A DNA stretch of 64,000 nt from contig CAVQFQ010000004.1 of the NCBI GenBank assembly GCA_963711835.1, positions 352,001 to 416,000 on the forward strand, read 5' to 3'. Below are positions 50,582 through 60,263 of this stretch, one piece after another. Position 1 is the first letter of the stretch, and every line of letters starts with the position of its first letter. The position numbers and the translations under genes were made by a program. Under the pieces are notes generated by a model. The model had not been told where the DNA came from, did no database searches, and saw only the letters and a program-made list of their open reading frames with translations. Source of the stretch: an uncultured delta proteobacterium. GTDB taxonomy: Bacteria > Desulfobacterota > RBG-13-43-22.

Positions 50582-50818
50582 AAAGGCCGTAGAATGCCTC
50601 GGATTCAGGCGGCTGCCGATGGCTCAGGAAGAATAGTCTCAAAATTCTGCCTGGACCATAAACAATAATCCAAATCCAATAAATAGGGTCTGATGAATTT
50701 CTTTCAGCAATCGAACAAAGAGGATACCTGGTGCAGGGGTTTCCAATTCGAGGATGCCCCCCACATTCAGTTCCGAAGGTGACCGCTGTGAATTTAGGCA
50801 GGTGCTGCCAAAATTATG

Positions 50819-51010
50819 TTATAAAGCCCGGGTTACTTTCCCGGACCGCAGGCAGCGGGTGCAGACGTTGATGTGTTTGATTGACCCCTGATGGACGGCC
50901 TTAACCCGTTGCAGATTGGGACGCCAGCGTTTAAAAGTCTTATTGTTGGCGTGGCTGACGTTGTGTCCTATTTGGTGTCCTTTGCCGCAGACGGCGCATA
51001 TCTGAGCCAT
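50819..51010 (-). CDS. rpmB: 50S ribosomal protein L28
   Basis: [11 protein letters not shown]...[16 protein letters not shown]...[11 protein letters not shown]. Confidence 0.96.
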   Translation of the reverse strand: MAQICAVCGKGHQIGHNVSHANNKTFKRWRPNLQRVKAVHQGSIKHINVCTRCLRSGKVTRAL

Positions 51011-51115
51011 ACGTTGTTCCTTTCTTTCAAAAACAATCTTTTTCACCGCCGAATCGCAGAGAAGGCCAGGAATGGTCTTCCTGGGACTTTTCGCGTCGTT
51101 GGAATACAATCTAAA

Positions 51116-52153
51116 TCAGATCCAGGTAATCGTTTCCCCGTCCGGACTTTTGGGAAGGACCTCACCGATCAAATAACAGTGTTCGCCCTGCCCTTCCAGG
51201 TGAGCCATAATACCTTTGGTCTGGTCGTCGGGTACAATCAGGATCATTCCCAGACCGTTGTTAAAAACCTGCCTCATCTCATCGGCGGAGACCTTCCCCC
51301 ATTTTTGGATCAGGGTAAATATGGGGGGCACCCCCCAGGAATTTCGAACCAGCCGGGCCTGGCAATCTTTGGGCAGGACCCGCGGCAGATTCTCGGTTAG
51401 ACCGCCTCCGGTAATATGGGCCATCCCTTTTACGGCATATTTCCGGATCAGGGACAGGAGAGGCTTGACATAAATCCGGGTTGGGGTGAGCAATTCTTCC
51501 CCCAGGCTGCGCCCCAATTCCGGAAGGGTCTCCTGAAGGTCCAGCGGATGGTCCTGAAAAAAAATTTTCCTGACCAGCGAGAAGCCGTTGCTATGGAGTC
51601 CGGCGGAGGCCAATCCGATGATCCGGTCTCCCGGTCGAATCGCCGAGCCGTCTATGAGCTGTTTCCTTTCAACGATACCGACCACAAAACCCGCCAGGTC
51701 ATATTCCCCCAGCGGATAAAAGCCCGGCATTTCAGCCGTCTCACCCCCGAGCAGGGCGCACCCGGCCGTTCGGCAGCCCTGGACGATACCCTCGACAATA
51801 GCCGTGGAGGTTTCCAGATCCAATTTCCCCGTGGCCAGGTAATCCAAAAAGAAGAGTGGACGGGCTCCCTGAACTATAATATCATTGACGCACATAGCCA
51901 CCAGGTCGATGCCGACCGTGTTGTGGCGATTGAGGTCCTGGGCTATTCTAAGTTTGGTCCCCACCCCGTCCGTTGAGGAAACCAGAACCGGTTCGGCATA
52001 AGCGGAAGGGTCGAGCCGGAAAAGTCCGCTGAACCCCCCGATATCGGTAAGCACCTCAGGCGAATAGGTTTGCCGAATGAGGGGTTTGATCCGTTCCACA
52101 AACGTATTGCCCAGGGTAATATCAACTCCTGCTTTTTGATACAAGTCGGTCAT
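51116..52153 (-). CDS. purM: Phosphoribosylformylglycinamidine cyclo-ligase
   Basis: STDGVGTK, GIDLVAMCVND, GGETAEMPG, GLHSNGFSL, HITGGG. Confidence 0.97.
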   Translation of the reverse strand: MTDLYQKAGVDITLGNTFVERIKPLIRQTYSPEVLTDIGGFSGLFRLDPSAYAEPVLVSSTDGVGTKLRIAQDLNRHNTVGIDLVAMCVNDIIVQGARPLFFLDYLATGKLDLETSTAIVEGIVQGCRTAGCALLGGETAEMPGFYPLGEYDLAGFVVGIVERKQLIDGSAIRPGDRIIGLASAGLHSNGFSLVRKIFFQDHPLDLQETLPELGRSLGEELLTPTRIYVKPLLSLIRKYAVKGMAHITGGGLTENLPRVLPKDCQARLVRNSWGVPPIFTLIQKWGKVSADEMRQVFNNGLGMILIVPDDQTKGIMAHLEGQGEHCYLIGEVLPKSPDGETITWI

Positions 52154-52250
52154 GGTTAAAGACGGGGGCCTTCCGCTGGCTGACCAGTTTTACGAAAATT
52201 AAAACGAATTGGGTAATTTAATAAATTAGAGAAGGAATGTCAATCCTTAA

Positions 52251-52835
52251 ATGGCCACCCCCTACGGACATGCCCTGATGGGCCTAAGTCTTTTAAATCT
52301 TTGCTTTCCCCGGCCTGCGGCCCTGTCAAAACAATCCGGATTGATTATGGGCGGGACTCTCCTGGCCGCCCTTTTCCCGGACCTGGATTTTCTCCCCGGT
52401 ATCCTGATGGGAGATCCGGCCCGTTTTCACCATGGACCTTTTCACAGCCTGGGACTTGCCTTAGGGCTTTCGTTGATCGCCGGGATGATCTTCAAAGCCA
52501 TGAAAAAAGATTCCCCTTTTCTTAAGATCGCCGGGTTTGTTTTTTTGCTGGTCTTTTCCCATTTGATTTTGGATTACTACTGCGAAGACCTTAAATTCCC
52601 CTTTGGACTTCCCTTCTTCTGGCCCTTTTCAGACCAACTGGTTCTTTCCAGCCTCCCGATCATTCCTTATATGATCCGGGACATCGCCGTGCCCGAGTTC
52701 TGGAGTCAGAACAGTTTCGTCTTTCTTGTGGAAAGCCTTCTTCTCTGGCCCATCTATCTGGCCACCCGGCTGAGGCTTAAACGTTTTCAATTGGTCCGGG
52801 GAATTGGGGAGGTTGTTCCTGACCTCGAGAGGTGA
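52251..52835 (+). CDS. Membrane-bound metal-dependent hydrolase (YdjM/DUF457-like)
   Basis: PDLD...HHGPFHSL...SHLILD...FWPF. Confidence 0.85.
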   Translation: MATPYGHALMGLSLLNLCFPRPAALSKQSGLIMGGTLLAALFPDLDFLPGILMGDPARFHHGPFHSLGLALGLSLIAGMIFKAMKKDSPFLKIAGFVFLLVFSHLILDYYCEDLKFPFGLPFFWPFSDQLVLSSLPIIPYMIRDIAVPEFWSQNSFVFLVESLLLWPIYLATRLRLKRFQLVRGIGEVVPDLER

Positions 52836-53391
52836 GTTCTTCTTCAGCCAATTTCAGGGCGGTTTGAGTAAAAAACCAACCGCGGTAGCGGGCCAAAAGA
52901 AACCGGTATAGCTCGTTCCGATCCAGGCCTTGCCTTTCAATCTCATTCCAGAATCCAAAGGGGGAAAAACGCCAGAGTTTGTCGGCATCTTTTACTAATT
53001 TCTCTTCCAGGGAATCGGCCTGGTCCCCGGAGTCATGCCGCTCGATCAGGAAAGCAATCCGTTCAATCCATTGGGGATTATAATTCAGGGATTGAAGAAC
53101 CTGACGGGCAATGGCCGCCCCTTCCAGTTCGTGGATCCGGTTAAGCCGCTCGGCTTCCTCCCCCCCGGCCCGAACCCCAAAGGCGATCCGGATCTGTAGG
53201 GGCGTCAGGTGCGACCAGCCCACATCATGCAGAATAACGGCCGGTTCCACGATAGACGATTCTCCCCCCTCTGCTTCCAATAGGCGCAAGGCATATCGGT
53301 GGGAAACTTGGGCATGGGGAAGATCCCCTCTTTGCTTTAAATAAGGTGCAGCCAGCCGGAAAAGCTCCCGGATGAATTCAGTCCAATCCAT
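52777..53391 (-). CDS. HD domain-containing protein
   Basis: H...ILHDVGW...HELEG...DADKLWRF. Confidence 0.85.
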   Translation of the reverse strand: MDWTEFIRELFRLAAPYLKQRGDLPHAQVSHRYALRLLEAEGGESSIVEPAVILHDVGWSHLTPLQIRIAFGVRAGGEEAERLNRIHELEGAAIARQVLQSLNYNPQWIERIAFLIERHDSGDQADSLEEKLVKDADKLWRFSPFGFWNEIERQGLDRNELYRFLLARYRGWFFTQTALKLAEEELTSRGQEQPPQFPGPIENV

Positions 53392-53568
53392 GACGGGGAA
53401 AATACTATGGCAGCTAAAAGAAAACAAGGGAAAGATCCAAAAAGTTAGACTTGTATATCCAGGCGATATTTACTAAAATATCCCAGTTTTCCTTAATGGT
53501 GGCGCTGGTAGGTCTTATATCAACGAGGACTAAAATTCAAAAGTACCGACTTTCTCGTTAAGGGTTAA

Positions 53569-53608
53569 CCGGCAAAGATCTTTCCGGCCTTGGCAAATTT
53601 TTTTCCGG
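53569..53608 (+). promoter_or_regulatory. Tandem upstream activator-like sites GGCAAA-N4-TTTCCGG (21-bp period)
   Basis: Two quasi-palindromic copies at 53571 and 53592, ~90-110 bp upstream of the sigma-54 site. Confidence 0.55.
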
Positions 53609-53679
53609 GGTAATCATCAGTCGAATAGGTCCCCTTCAAAATAACACTCTGAATTCAATCAGTTTTCTTTTTGCAGTTT

Positions 53680-53696
53680 TTGGCATTGAACTTGCC
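53680..53696 (+). promoter_or_regulatory. Sigma-54 (-24/-12) promoter
   Basis: TTGGCATTGAACTTGC with exact GG-N10-GC spacing, ~60 nt before the operon start. Confidence 0.75.
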
Positions 53697-53754
53697 TTAT
53701 TAACGAAAAAAGATTATTCTCCCCCTGTTTTGCGGAATAAAGGAAGGAAGCCCC

Positions 53755-54507
53755 ATGCGTCTAACGGATAAAGTGGCTGTAGTGACCGGTGCGGCTAAGG
53801 GCCTGGGCCGGGCATTTTGCCTGGGTTTGGTCAGGGAAGGGGCCCGAATCATGGCCGTGACCCGCAAGGATCTGAACAACCTGGAGCAAACCGTCCGGAT
53901 GATCCGTTCCCTGGGCGGGGAAGCCGAAATGATTCAAGCTGATGTGGCCGTGGAGGAAGACACCCTGGCCATGGCCCAGGAAACGTTCAAGAAATTTGGC
54001 CGCCTCGATATCCTGCTCAACAATGCGGCTATTTACGACGGGATCAAAAGAAAGCCCTTTTTTGAGATTGACCTGGCGGAATGGGATCTGGTTATGAACG
54101 TGAATGTCAAAGGGGCTTTTTTATCCACCCGGGCCGTCTTTCCCTTCATGAAAGAGCAGGGATACGGAAAGATTATAAATCTGGCTTCGGAAGTTTTCTT
54201 TACGGGATCCAATGGTTTTGCCCATTATGTGGCCTCCAAAGGGGGTATTATCGGTCTGACCCGAGCCCTGGCGGTGGAACTGGGGCCGCATAATATCTGT
54301 ATCAACTGTATTGCCCCCGGTTTCACCGATACCGAAGCCAGCCGGGGACTGGCCGATGTCTCCAAATACGATGTTTCCAAGACGCCCCTGAACAGGCTGG
54401 AAAAGCCGGAAGATCTGGTAGGGGCCGCCCTTTTCCTGGCTTCCCCGGAAAGTGATTTTATTACCGGGCAGACCCTGTTGATCGACGGGGGACGGGCCAT
54501 GCATTAG
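53755..54507 (+). CDS. Short-chain dehydrogenase/reductase
   Basis: TGAAKGLG, NNAA, YVASK, ITGQTLLIDGG. Confidence 0.93.
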   Translation: MRLTDKVAVVTGAAKGLGRAFCLGLVREGARIMAVTRKDLNNLEQTVRMIRSLGGEAEMIQADVAVEEDTLAMAQETFKKFGRLDILLNNAAIYDGIKRKPFFEIDLAEWDLVMNVNVKGAFLSTRAVFPFMKEQGYGKIINLASEVFFTGSNGFAHYVASKGGIIGLTRALAVELGPHNICINCIAPGFTDTEASRGLADVSKYDVSKTPLNRLEKPEDLVGAALFLASPESDFITGQTLLIDGGRAMH

Positions 54508-54517
54508 CCGGAAATAA

Positions 54518-54575
54518 AAATTCGAAATCCGAAGCACGAAATTCGAAACAAGCACCAATGTCCAAATGATCAAAA
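54518..54575. repeat. TTCG-rich 7-nt-period repeat arm (reverse complement of 19461-19525)
   Basis: AAATTCGAAATCCGAAGCACGAAATTCGAAACAAGCAC...TCCAAATGATCAAAA. Confidence 0.7.
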
Positions 54576-54806
54576 CATCTCCCCCTCCCTTGATCCCGCC
54601 CTGCGGCGGGACAGGCTCCGGGGGTTGGGGGGTGGGTGAATCCCGGAACTTCCACCCACCCTGCTCCATCTCCCTACTTCCTTTCCAGGGCAGGCGCCAT
54701 CTCCGGAGAGGAAAGGGTTTACCGGCAACGCAGCACAACGATCGGGCAGAATCCTGGTCTCTTTCTCGAGAGACCTTAATAATAACCCCCAAAAGGAGGA
54801 GGAACC

Positions 54807-56489
54807 ATGAAAGTGTATGATGTCGTCCCCGGTTTGGAATTTGAACCCGAAAGAGATTTTGCCCAATCACCCGCCTGGTTTTTGGACGGCACCCATTCCG
54901 TCCCGCCCTGGACCCCCATGTTTGGTTGGTTTTGGATCAACTTCTGCCGTCACGGTATGCAGTACGGGGCGGAAAAGCTGAGCCTGCCGACGGTTAAGGG
55001 CTGGGATTGGCGTTTCCATAATGGGGGTGGGTACCTGACTTTGTTGCTGGTCCACAGTGAGGAAGAAAAACAAAGAAGAGAGACGGAATTTCGTAAGGCC
55101 ATCCTCCCTTTTATTGAAGATTATGACGGGTTGTGGGGAGGATTTGTCAAGGAGATTTTAGGGCGCTATGAAAAGTTAAAGGCCCTGGATCCGGACCAGG
55201 CTTCCAACATCGAACTCTTGGACAATTTTGAAGAGACGATTAATACCTGCCGACGTATGTGGGAAATCCACATGTACATGATGTACGGCACTTATACGGC
55301 CTATATCCTTTTTGAAAACATGTGCCGGGACCTGGCCGGAATCGACGATACCTCACCGCTCTTTCATAACCTGGTCTCGGGTTTTGACAATAAGGTCTTC
55401 CAGGTGGATCGCCGCCTCTGGGAGTTTTCCAAAAGAGCCCGGGAGGACGGATTGGCCGAACTCTTCCTGGGAAGCAAGCCCACTGAAATCCAGGGCCGTC
55501 TCCAGGAATCATCCAAGGGCAGAGAATTCATGAAAGCTTTTATGGCCTTCATGAATGAGGACGGCTGGCGCATGCAGCGTATGTCCGAGATGAACATGCC
55601 TACCTGGGTAGAAGATCCCACCCCGGCCTTGGTCAATGTGAAACAGTTTCTCCAGAAGGGCGGAGGCTTTAACCTCGACGAGGAGAGGAGTAAAATTACC
55701 GAACAGCGGAAAAAGGCGGAAAAAGAGGTTTTGGCCAAGGTTCCCCAGGAGCAGCGAGGCTGGTTTGGCCGCTTGATGCTTTTGGCCCAAAAGAGCGGGG
55801 TCTTCAGCGAAGAACATGATCATTATCTGGATCTCTATACCCATGCCATGATGCGTCGAAGCGCCTTGGGTCTGGGACGGCGTTTCGCCCAGAAAGGGAC
55901 CCTCAACGAGGCCGAAGATATGTTTTTCCTCATCCCCGATGAGGTTCGCCGGGCCGGGATCAACCCCGATCAATTTGATTTGCGCTACATTGTGGATCGT
56001 CGAAAAGCGGATTGGCAGGAGTGGCAAAAGACCCCCAATCCACCGGCCTTCTTAAAGGAGGGCTTTGATCTGGATATGGCCATGGGGGTCCTGGTTCAAT
56101 CCATGGATCCTATCGCCCTTAAGGTAGTGGTCGGTTCCATGCCCCAGGTCCGTCCGGAGCTCAAGGCCGACCTCTATGGGACCTGCGGTTCCCCCGGAGT
56201 GGCCGAAGGCCCGGCCCGGGTGATCCTGAACGAAGACGAACTCCACCTGGTCGAAGAAGGAGATATCCTGGTAGCGGCCAGTACCTCGCCCAGTTGGACC
56301 CCGGTATTTTCCATGATCAAAGGCGTGGTCGTTGACCGCGGGGCCAGCCTTTCCCATGCCGCCATTGTGGGAAGGGAATACGGTATCCCGGTGGTCATGA
56401 ATGTCTTTGAGGGTACGGCCAAGATCAAGTCCGGTCAGCGGATCAAGGTCGATGCCAACCTGGGGGCCGTGTTTATTCTGGACAAGTAA
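54807..56489 (+). CDS. PEP-utilizing enzyme with phospho-His mobile domain (phenylphosphate synthase subunit A-like)
   Basis: GSPGVAEGPARV, TSPSWTP, GASLSHAAIVGREYGIP; N-terminal WFLDGTHS..PWTP. Confidence 0.8.
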   Translation: MKVYDVVPGLEFEPERDFAQSPAWFLDGTHSVPPWTPMFGWFWINFCRHGMQYGAEKLSLPTVKGWDWRFHNGGGYLTLLLVHSEEEKQRRETEFRKAILPFIEDYDGLWGGFVKEILGRYEKLKALDPDQASNIELLDNFEETINTCRRMWEIHMYMMYGTYTAYILFENMCRDLAGIDDTSPLFHNLVSGFDNKVFQVDRRLWEFSKRAREDGLAELFLGSKPTEIQGRLQESSKGREFMKAFMAFMNEDGWRMQRMSEMNMPTWVEDPTPALVNVKQFLQKGGGFNLDEERSKITEQRKKAEKEVLAKVPQEQRGWFGRLMLLAQKSGVFSEEHDHYLDLYTHAMMRRSALGLGRRFAQKGTLNEAEDMFFLIPDEVRRAGINPDQFDLRYIVDRRKADWQEWQKTPNPPAFLKEGFDLDMAMGVLVQSMDPIALKVVVGSMPQVRPELKADLYGTCGSPGVAEGPARVILNEDELHLVEEGDILVAASTSPSWTPVFSMIKGVVVDRGASLSHAAIVGREYGIPVVMNVFEGTAKIKSGQRIKVDANLGAVFILDK

Positions 56490-56552
56490 AAACCTTTGGG
56501 GACCTTTCCTTCCCTGCCCTGGGGAGGGAAAGGTCTTCCAGGAGCAGATTCC

Positions 56553-57578
56553 ATGAGCGATAAATGGATCTTTTGGTTTGAGGAACTGGGGACCGGGGAC
56601 AACGACCGGGTAGGGAAAAAATGCGCCAACCTGGGGGAGATGACCCGACTGGGCCTGCGCATTCCCCCCGGATTCGCTATTTCCATAGACGGGTACGAAC
56701 GATTTATGGCCGAAACCGGGGCCGGCGAGGAGATTCGGCGCTATGTCCGGGAAAACCGGGATCATTTAAAGGAAGTCAAAAATCAAATAATAGCCAGCCA
56801 GGCTATCCGGAACATTATTGAGTCCAAAGAAATGCCCCCGGATATGCGGGAGGAGTTATTCCGGTATTACGACCAGTTGAAAGAACGGGCCGAAGCCCAG
56901 GAGCTTTCGGTGGCCGTCCGGTCCAGCGGGGCGGTCAGCATGCCCGGCCAGATGGAGAGTTATCTCAATGTCCGCTGGAAGGAATCGGTACTCCAAAAAG
57001 TGATCCAGGTCTGGGGAAGCGCCTTCACCACCCGGGCCATAGCCTTTCGGCTGGAGAAAGGGATGGCCATGGAAAAAGCTCCGATCGGCATCGCTGTCCT
57101 GAAGATGGTCGAGGCCAAGTCCGCCGGCGTGGTCCTGACGGTCTTACCTACGATCGGAGACCTTTCGAAGGTGGTCGTGGAAGGTAACTGGGGTTTGGGT
57201 GAGAGTGTGGTCAGCGGAGAGGTTAACCCCGATCAGTTTATCGTGGATAAAAACGACGGGACGGTGGAAATTACCGTCAATCGTAAAACCAAGATGGTTG
57301 TTTATCATGATGGGGGGACCGTCACCGCCCAGGTTCCGGCTGAGATCCAGGAAAAGCCCTGTGTCGATCCGGAAGAATTGAAAGAAATCGTGCGGATTGC
57401 CAAACAAGTGGAGGACCATTTTCAAACGCCTCAGGATATGGAATGGGTCCTGGATCGTTTTCAATCCATTCCTGATAGTCTTTATTGGGTCCAGGCCCGG
57501 CCGGCTAAATACGCCCAGGTCAAAGAAAAGGAATCCGAATATCTGGCTGAGCTGATGACCCGCCTGTTTAAGTGGTAA
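56553..57578 (+). CDS. PEP/pyruvate-binding (ATP-grasp) protein (phenylphosphate synthase subunit B-like)
   Basis: VGKKCANLGEM, VAVRSS, WGLGESVVSG, PQDMEW, VQARP. Confidence 0.82.
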   Translation: MSDKWIFWFEELGTGDNDRVGKKCANLGEMTRLGLRIPPGFAISIDGYERFMAETGAGEEIRRYVRENRDHLKEVKNQIIASQAIRNIIESKEMPPDMREELFRYYDQLKERAEAQELSVAVRSSGAVSMPGQMESYLNVRWKESVLQKVIQVWGSAFTTRAIAFRLEKGMAMEKAPIGIAVLKMVEAKSAGVVLTVLPTIGDLSKVVVEGNWGLGESVVSGEVNPDQFIVDKNDGTVEITVNRKTKMVVYHDGGTVTAQVPAEIQEKPCVDPEELKEIVRIAKQVEDHFQTPQDMEWVLDRFQSIPDSLYWVQARPAKYAQVKEKESEYLAELMTRLFKW

Positions 57579-57609
57579 TTCCTTTCGTCAGGCCGGAAAA
57601 GGAGAAACG

Positions 57610-58269
57610 ATGGCCATGCTGTTCACGCAATATTGGGATGTGATTCCCGGTAAATTTGAGGAATATACGTCTTTTGTTACCCATGAGTACATCCCATCCC
57701 TGCAAAAACTGGGGATTCGATTGGTAGGCGGCTATTATGTGGCGGTGGGGGAAGGTCCCAGGATTGTGGCCGTGGCCACGGTAGATGAAACCGAAAATTT
57801 GCGCCAGACCCTTTCTTCCCGGGAGTACGGGATCCTTTCGACCAAATTGCTCCAATATGTCTGGAAGTATTCCAATAGAGTCTATGTGCCCAGCGGTCAC
57901 ATCCAGGAAGGACCTTATCGCATTCAGACCGGGGTCTGGAAATTCAACCAGTATTATAATATCCTCCGGGGCAAGGAAGAGGAACATTTCAAATTTGTCA
58001 AGGAAGAGTGTCTTCCGGGGATGGAAGAACTAAAGGTCCCCATCACCGGAGGCTGGCGTCTGATCGTCGGCAACGGGCCAAGGATCCTGGCTGAATCTAC
58101 CGGTCGAAGTATTGTCGATATCGCTAAAGCCATCGACACCTCCCTCTTCAGAAAACTGGTCCGCACCCTTAAAAATCAGTACGCCACGGATTACAGCAGT
58201 CGTATCCTGGCCCCCACCGGAAGAATCGAAGTACCCTATCTGATGAGTGAGATGATGAAAAAGTTCTAG
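57610..58269 (+). CDS. Hypothetical protein with duplicated alpha/beta-barrel (NIPSNAP-like) repeat
   Basis: Two internal repeats FxQYW/Y...G.GPRI. Confidence 0.65.
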   Translation: MAMLFTQYWDVIPGKFEEYTSFVTHEYIPSLQKLGIRLVGGYYVAVGEGPRIVAVATVDETENLRQTLSSREYGILSTKLLQYVWKYSNRVYVPSGHIQEGPYRIQTGVWKFNQYYNILRGKEEEHFKFVKEECLPGMEELKVPITGGWRLIVGNGPRILAESTGRSIVDIAKAIDTSLFRKLVRTLKNQYATDYSSRILAPTGRIEVPYLMSEMMKKF

Positions 58270-58291
58270 GTGTGAGACGGAGAAGGTTTTC

Positions 58292-60232
58292 ATGATGCCG
58301 GAGAGGCCCATCTATTGGAAGATCGGGGAAGTCTGGGTCTTTTATGTCCTGGCGGCCCTGGCTACCGGTCTGCTCTTGATCGGGCTGGCCGCTCACCTCC
58401 GGGTCTGGCTGAAAAGCGCCCCCGGGAGTCGGACAGCTTTTTCGAGACAAGCTCTGAAACAAGCCCTTTTGGACACCTTCCTGGGCCTGACCGTGTTCAA
58501 GGGGGACCGGCCGGCCGGCCTGATGCATTTATTGATATTCTGGGGATTTGTCATTCTGTTTGTCGGCACTTCCTTGCTGGCCGTACACGAGTATTGGTCT
58601 TCCTTTCTGGTGGGGAAGGGCCATCTCCTTTTTGAAGTCTCCATGGAAGTCGGGGGGCTTATCCTTCTGGCCGGGATTATCTGGGCCCTGGTTCGCCGAT
58701 ATATCCAACGTATCCCGAGGCTGGAGCGCCATTTGGAAGATGCGCTGGTGCCCATCGGATTGCTGCTGGTGGTTTGCTCGGGCTTCCTGCTGGAAGGGAT
58801 ACGATTGGCCGCTCAAAGGCCTCCCTGGGGCTATTGGTCCTTTGTCGGCTCATGGATCGCCGGTTTCGTCCCGGAGAGGGCGGCGGTCTCGGCCTATCCC
58901 TATCTTTGGTGGGGTCACGCCCTGATGAGTCTGGGGTTGGTGGCCCTGATCCCCTTCACCAAGCTCTTTCATCTGGTGGGAGGACCGGCGGCTTTTTACC
59001 TTCATCGGGCGGCCAAAGAGTCCGGAGGGACCGCTTCTTCTTCACCGGAAGAAGAGGAGGCCTTAAAACTGGAAGAAGTCGTCTTCTATGATGCCTGCAT
59101 GCGCTGCGGGCGTTGTGTCCAGGCCTGTCCTTCGACCGGTGCGGGCGAGCCTTTTGCACCCCGGGAATTTGTCCAGGCCACGCGCCAGGTCCTCTGGCGG
59201 GAACATTCCCCGGTCGGCGATATCCGGTTTCTAAATCCAACTCAGTCGCTCGACAGTAAAACGGCCTGGTATTGCACGACCTGCGCCGCCTGTCTGGAAG
59301 TCTGCCCAATATACGGCGCCCCCCTCGAGGCCGTGGCCAAAAAACGGGTCCTGCTGGTTGAAGAGGGGAAAGACGTGCCGGATCTTATGAACCAGACCCT
59401 GGAAAGGCTTTTTAAATATGAGAATCCCTGGGTGGCGTCCAAGCGGGAAAGGGCTGTCTGGGCCAAGGGCCTGGATATCCCGGTCCTGACCCCGGGCGGG
59501 AAAGAGGCGCCGCTTTGCTATTTTGTCGGCTGCACCACCTCCTTCGACGCGAGAGCCCAGGAGATCGCCAGGGCCTTCACGACCATCCTGAAGCGGGCCG
59601 GGGTGCCTTTCGGGATTCTGGCCGAAAAGGAGCCCTGTTGCGGGGATATCGCCCGCGTGGTGGGAGAATCGGGTCTATTTCAGGAGAAGATGGAAAACTG
59701 CTTAGACCTTTTTGGCCAGTTTGGCCTGGAGCAGGTGGTAACCTCCTCGCCCCATTGCTTCCACACCTTTCTTAATAACTATTCAGGAAGGCCTTTTGGA
59801 GTACGGCCCTATCCTCTGGTTTTAAGGGAGCTTATCGCCGAGGGACGGCTCCGGTTAAAAAAGCCTGCGAAGTTTGCGGTGACCTATCATGATCCCTGCT
59901 ATCTCGGGCGACACCATCGCATCTTTGAGGAGCCCCGGGAAATTATTCGCTCCATCCCCGGCACGAAATTAATAGAAATGACGCATCATGGTGCTGACAG
60001 CCTCTGCTGCGGCGGAGGGGGCGGAAGGATGTGGCAGGGGCAAGAACTGCATGGTGAGGCCCGAATGAGCGAAATCAGAATCAGAGAAGCACAGGCCAGC
60101 GGGGCCGAGATCCTGATAACGGCCTGTCCCCTGTGTCTCATCATGCTGGAAGATGCTTCCAAGACCCTGGATTTGGAAGGTAAACTGAGGGTAATGGATT
60201 TAAATGAGCTGGTTTTGCTGTCTTTGGAATAG
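58292..60232 (+). CDS. Membrane Fe-S oxidoreductase (NarI-like TM + 4Fe-4S + CCG; HdrF-like)
   Basis: TM N-terminus with His ligands; CMRCGRCVQACP, CTTCAACLEVCP, YHDPCYLGR, CCGGGGG. Confidence 0.88.
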   Translation: MMPERPIYWKIGEVWVFYVLAALATGLLLIGLAAHLRVWLKSAPGSRTAFSRQALKQALLDTFLGLTVFKGDRPAGLMHLLIFWGFVILFVGTSLLAVHEYWSSFLVGKGHLLFEVSMEVGGLILLAGIIWALVRRYIQRIPRLERHLEDALVPIGLLLVVCSGFLLEGIRLAAQRPPWGYWSFVGSWIAGFVPERAAVSAYPYLWWGHALMSLGLVALIPFTKLFHLVGGPAAFYLHRAAKESGGTASSSPEEEEALKLEEVVFYDACMRCGRCVQACPSTGAGEPFAPREFVQATRQVLWREHSPVGDIRFLNPTQSLDSKTAWYCTTCAACLEVCPIYGAPLEAVAKKRVLLVEEGKDVPDLMNQTLERLFKYENPWVASKRERAVWAKGLDIPVLTPGGKEAPLCYFVGCTTSFDARAQEIARAFTTILKRAGVPFGILAEKEPCCGDIARVVGESGLFQEKMENCLDLFGQFGLEQVVTSSPHCFHTFLNNYSGRPFGVRPYPLVLRELIAEGRLRLKKPAKFAVTYHDPCYLGRHHRIFEEPREIIRSIPGTKLIEMTHHGADSLCCGGGGGRMWQGQELHGEARMSEIRIREAQASGAEILITACPLCLIMLEDASKTLDLEGKLRVMDLNELVLLSLE

Positions 60233-60263
60233 AAATAATCCAAAATAGAAAGGTTACCTGGCG

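Noticed and set aside
50580-50815. Riboswitch downstream of rpmB/upstream of the RHS gene
   Set aside because: No recognisable aptamer consensus; only the terminator-like inverted repeat is supportable.
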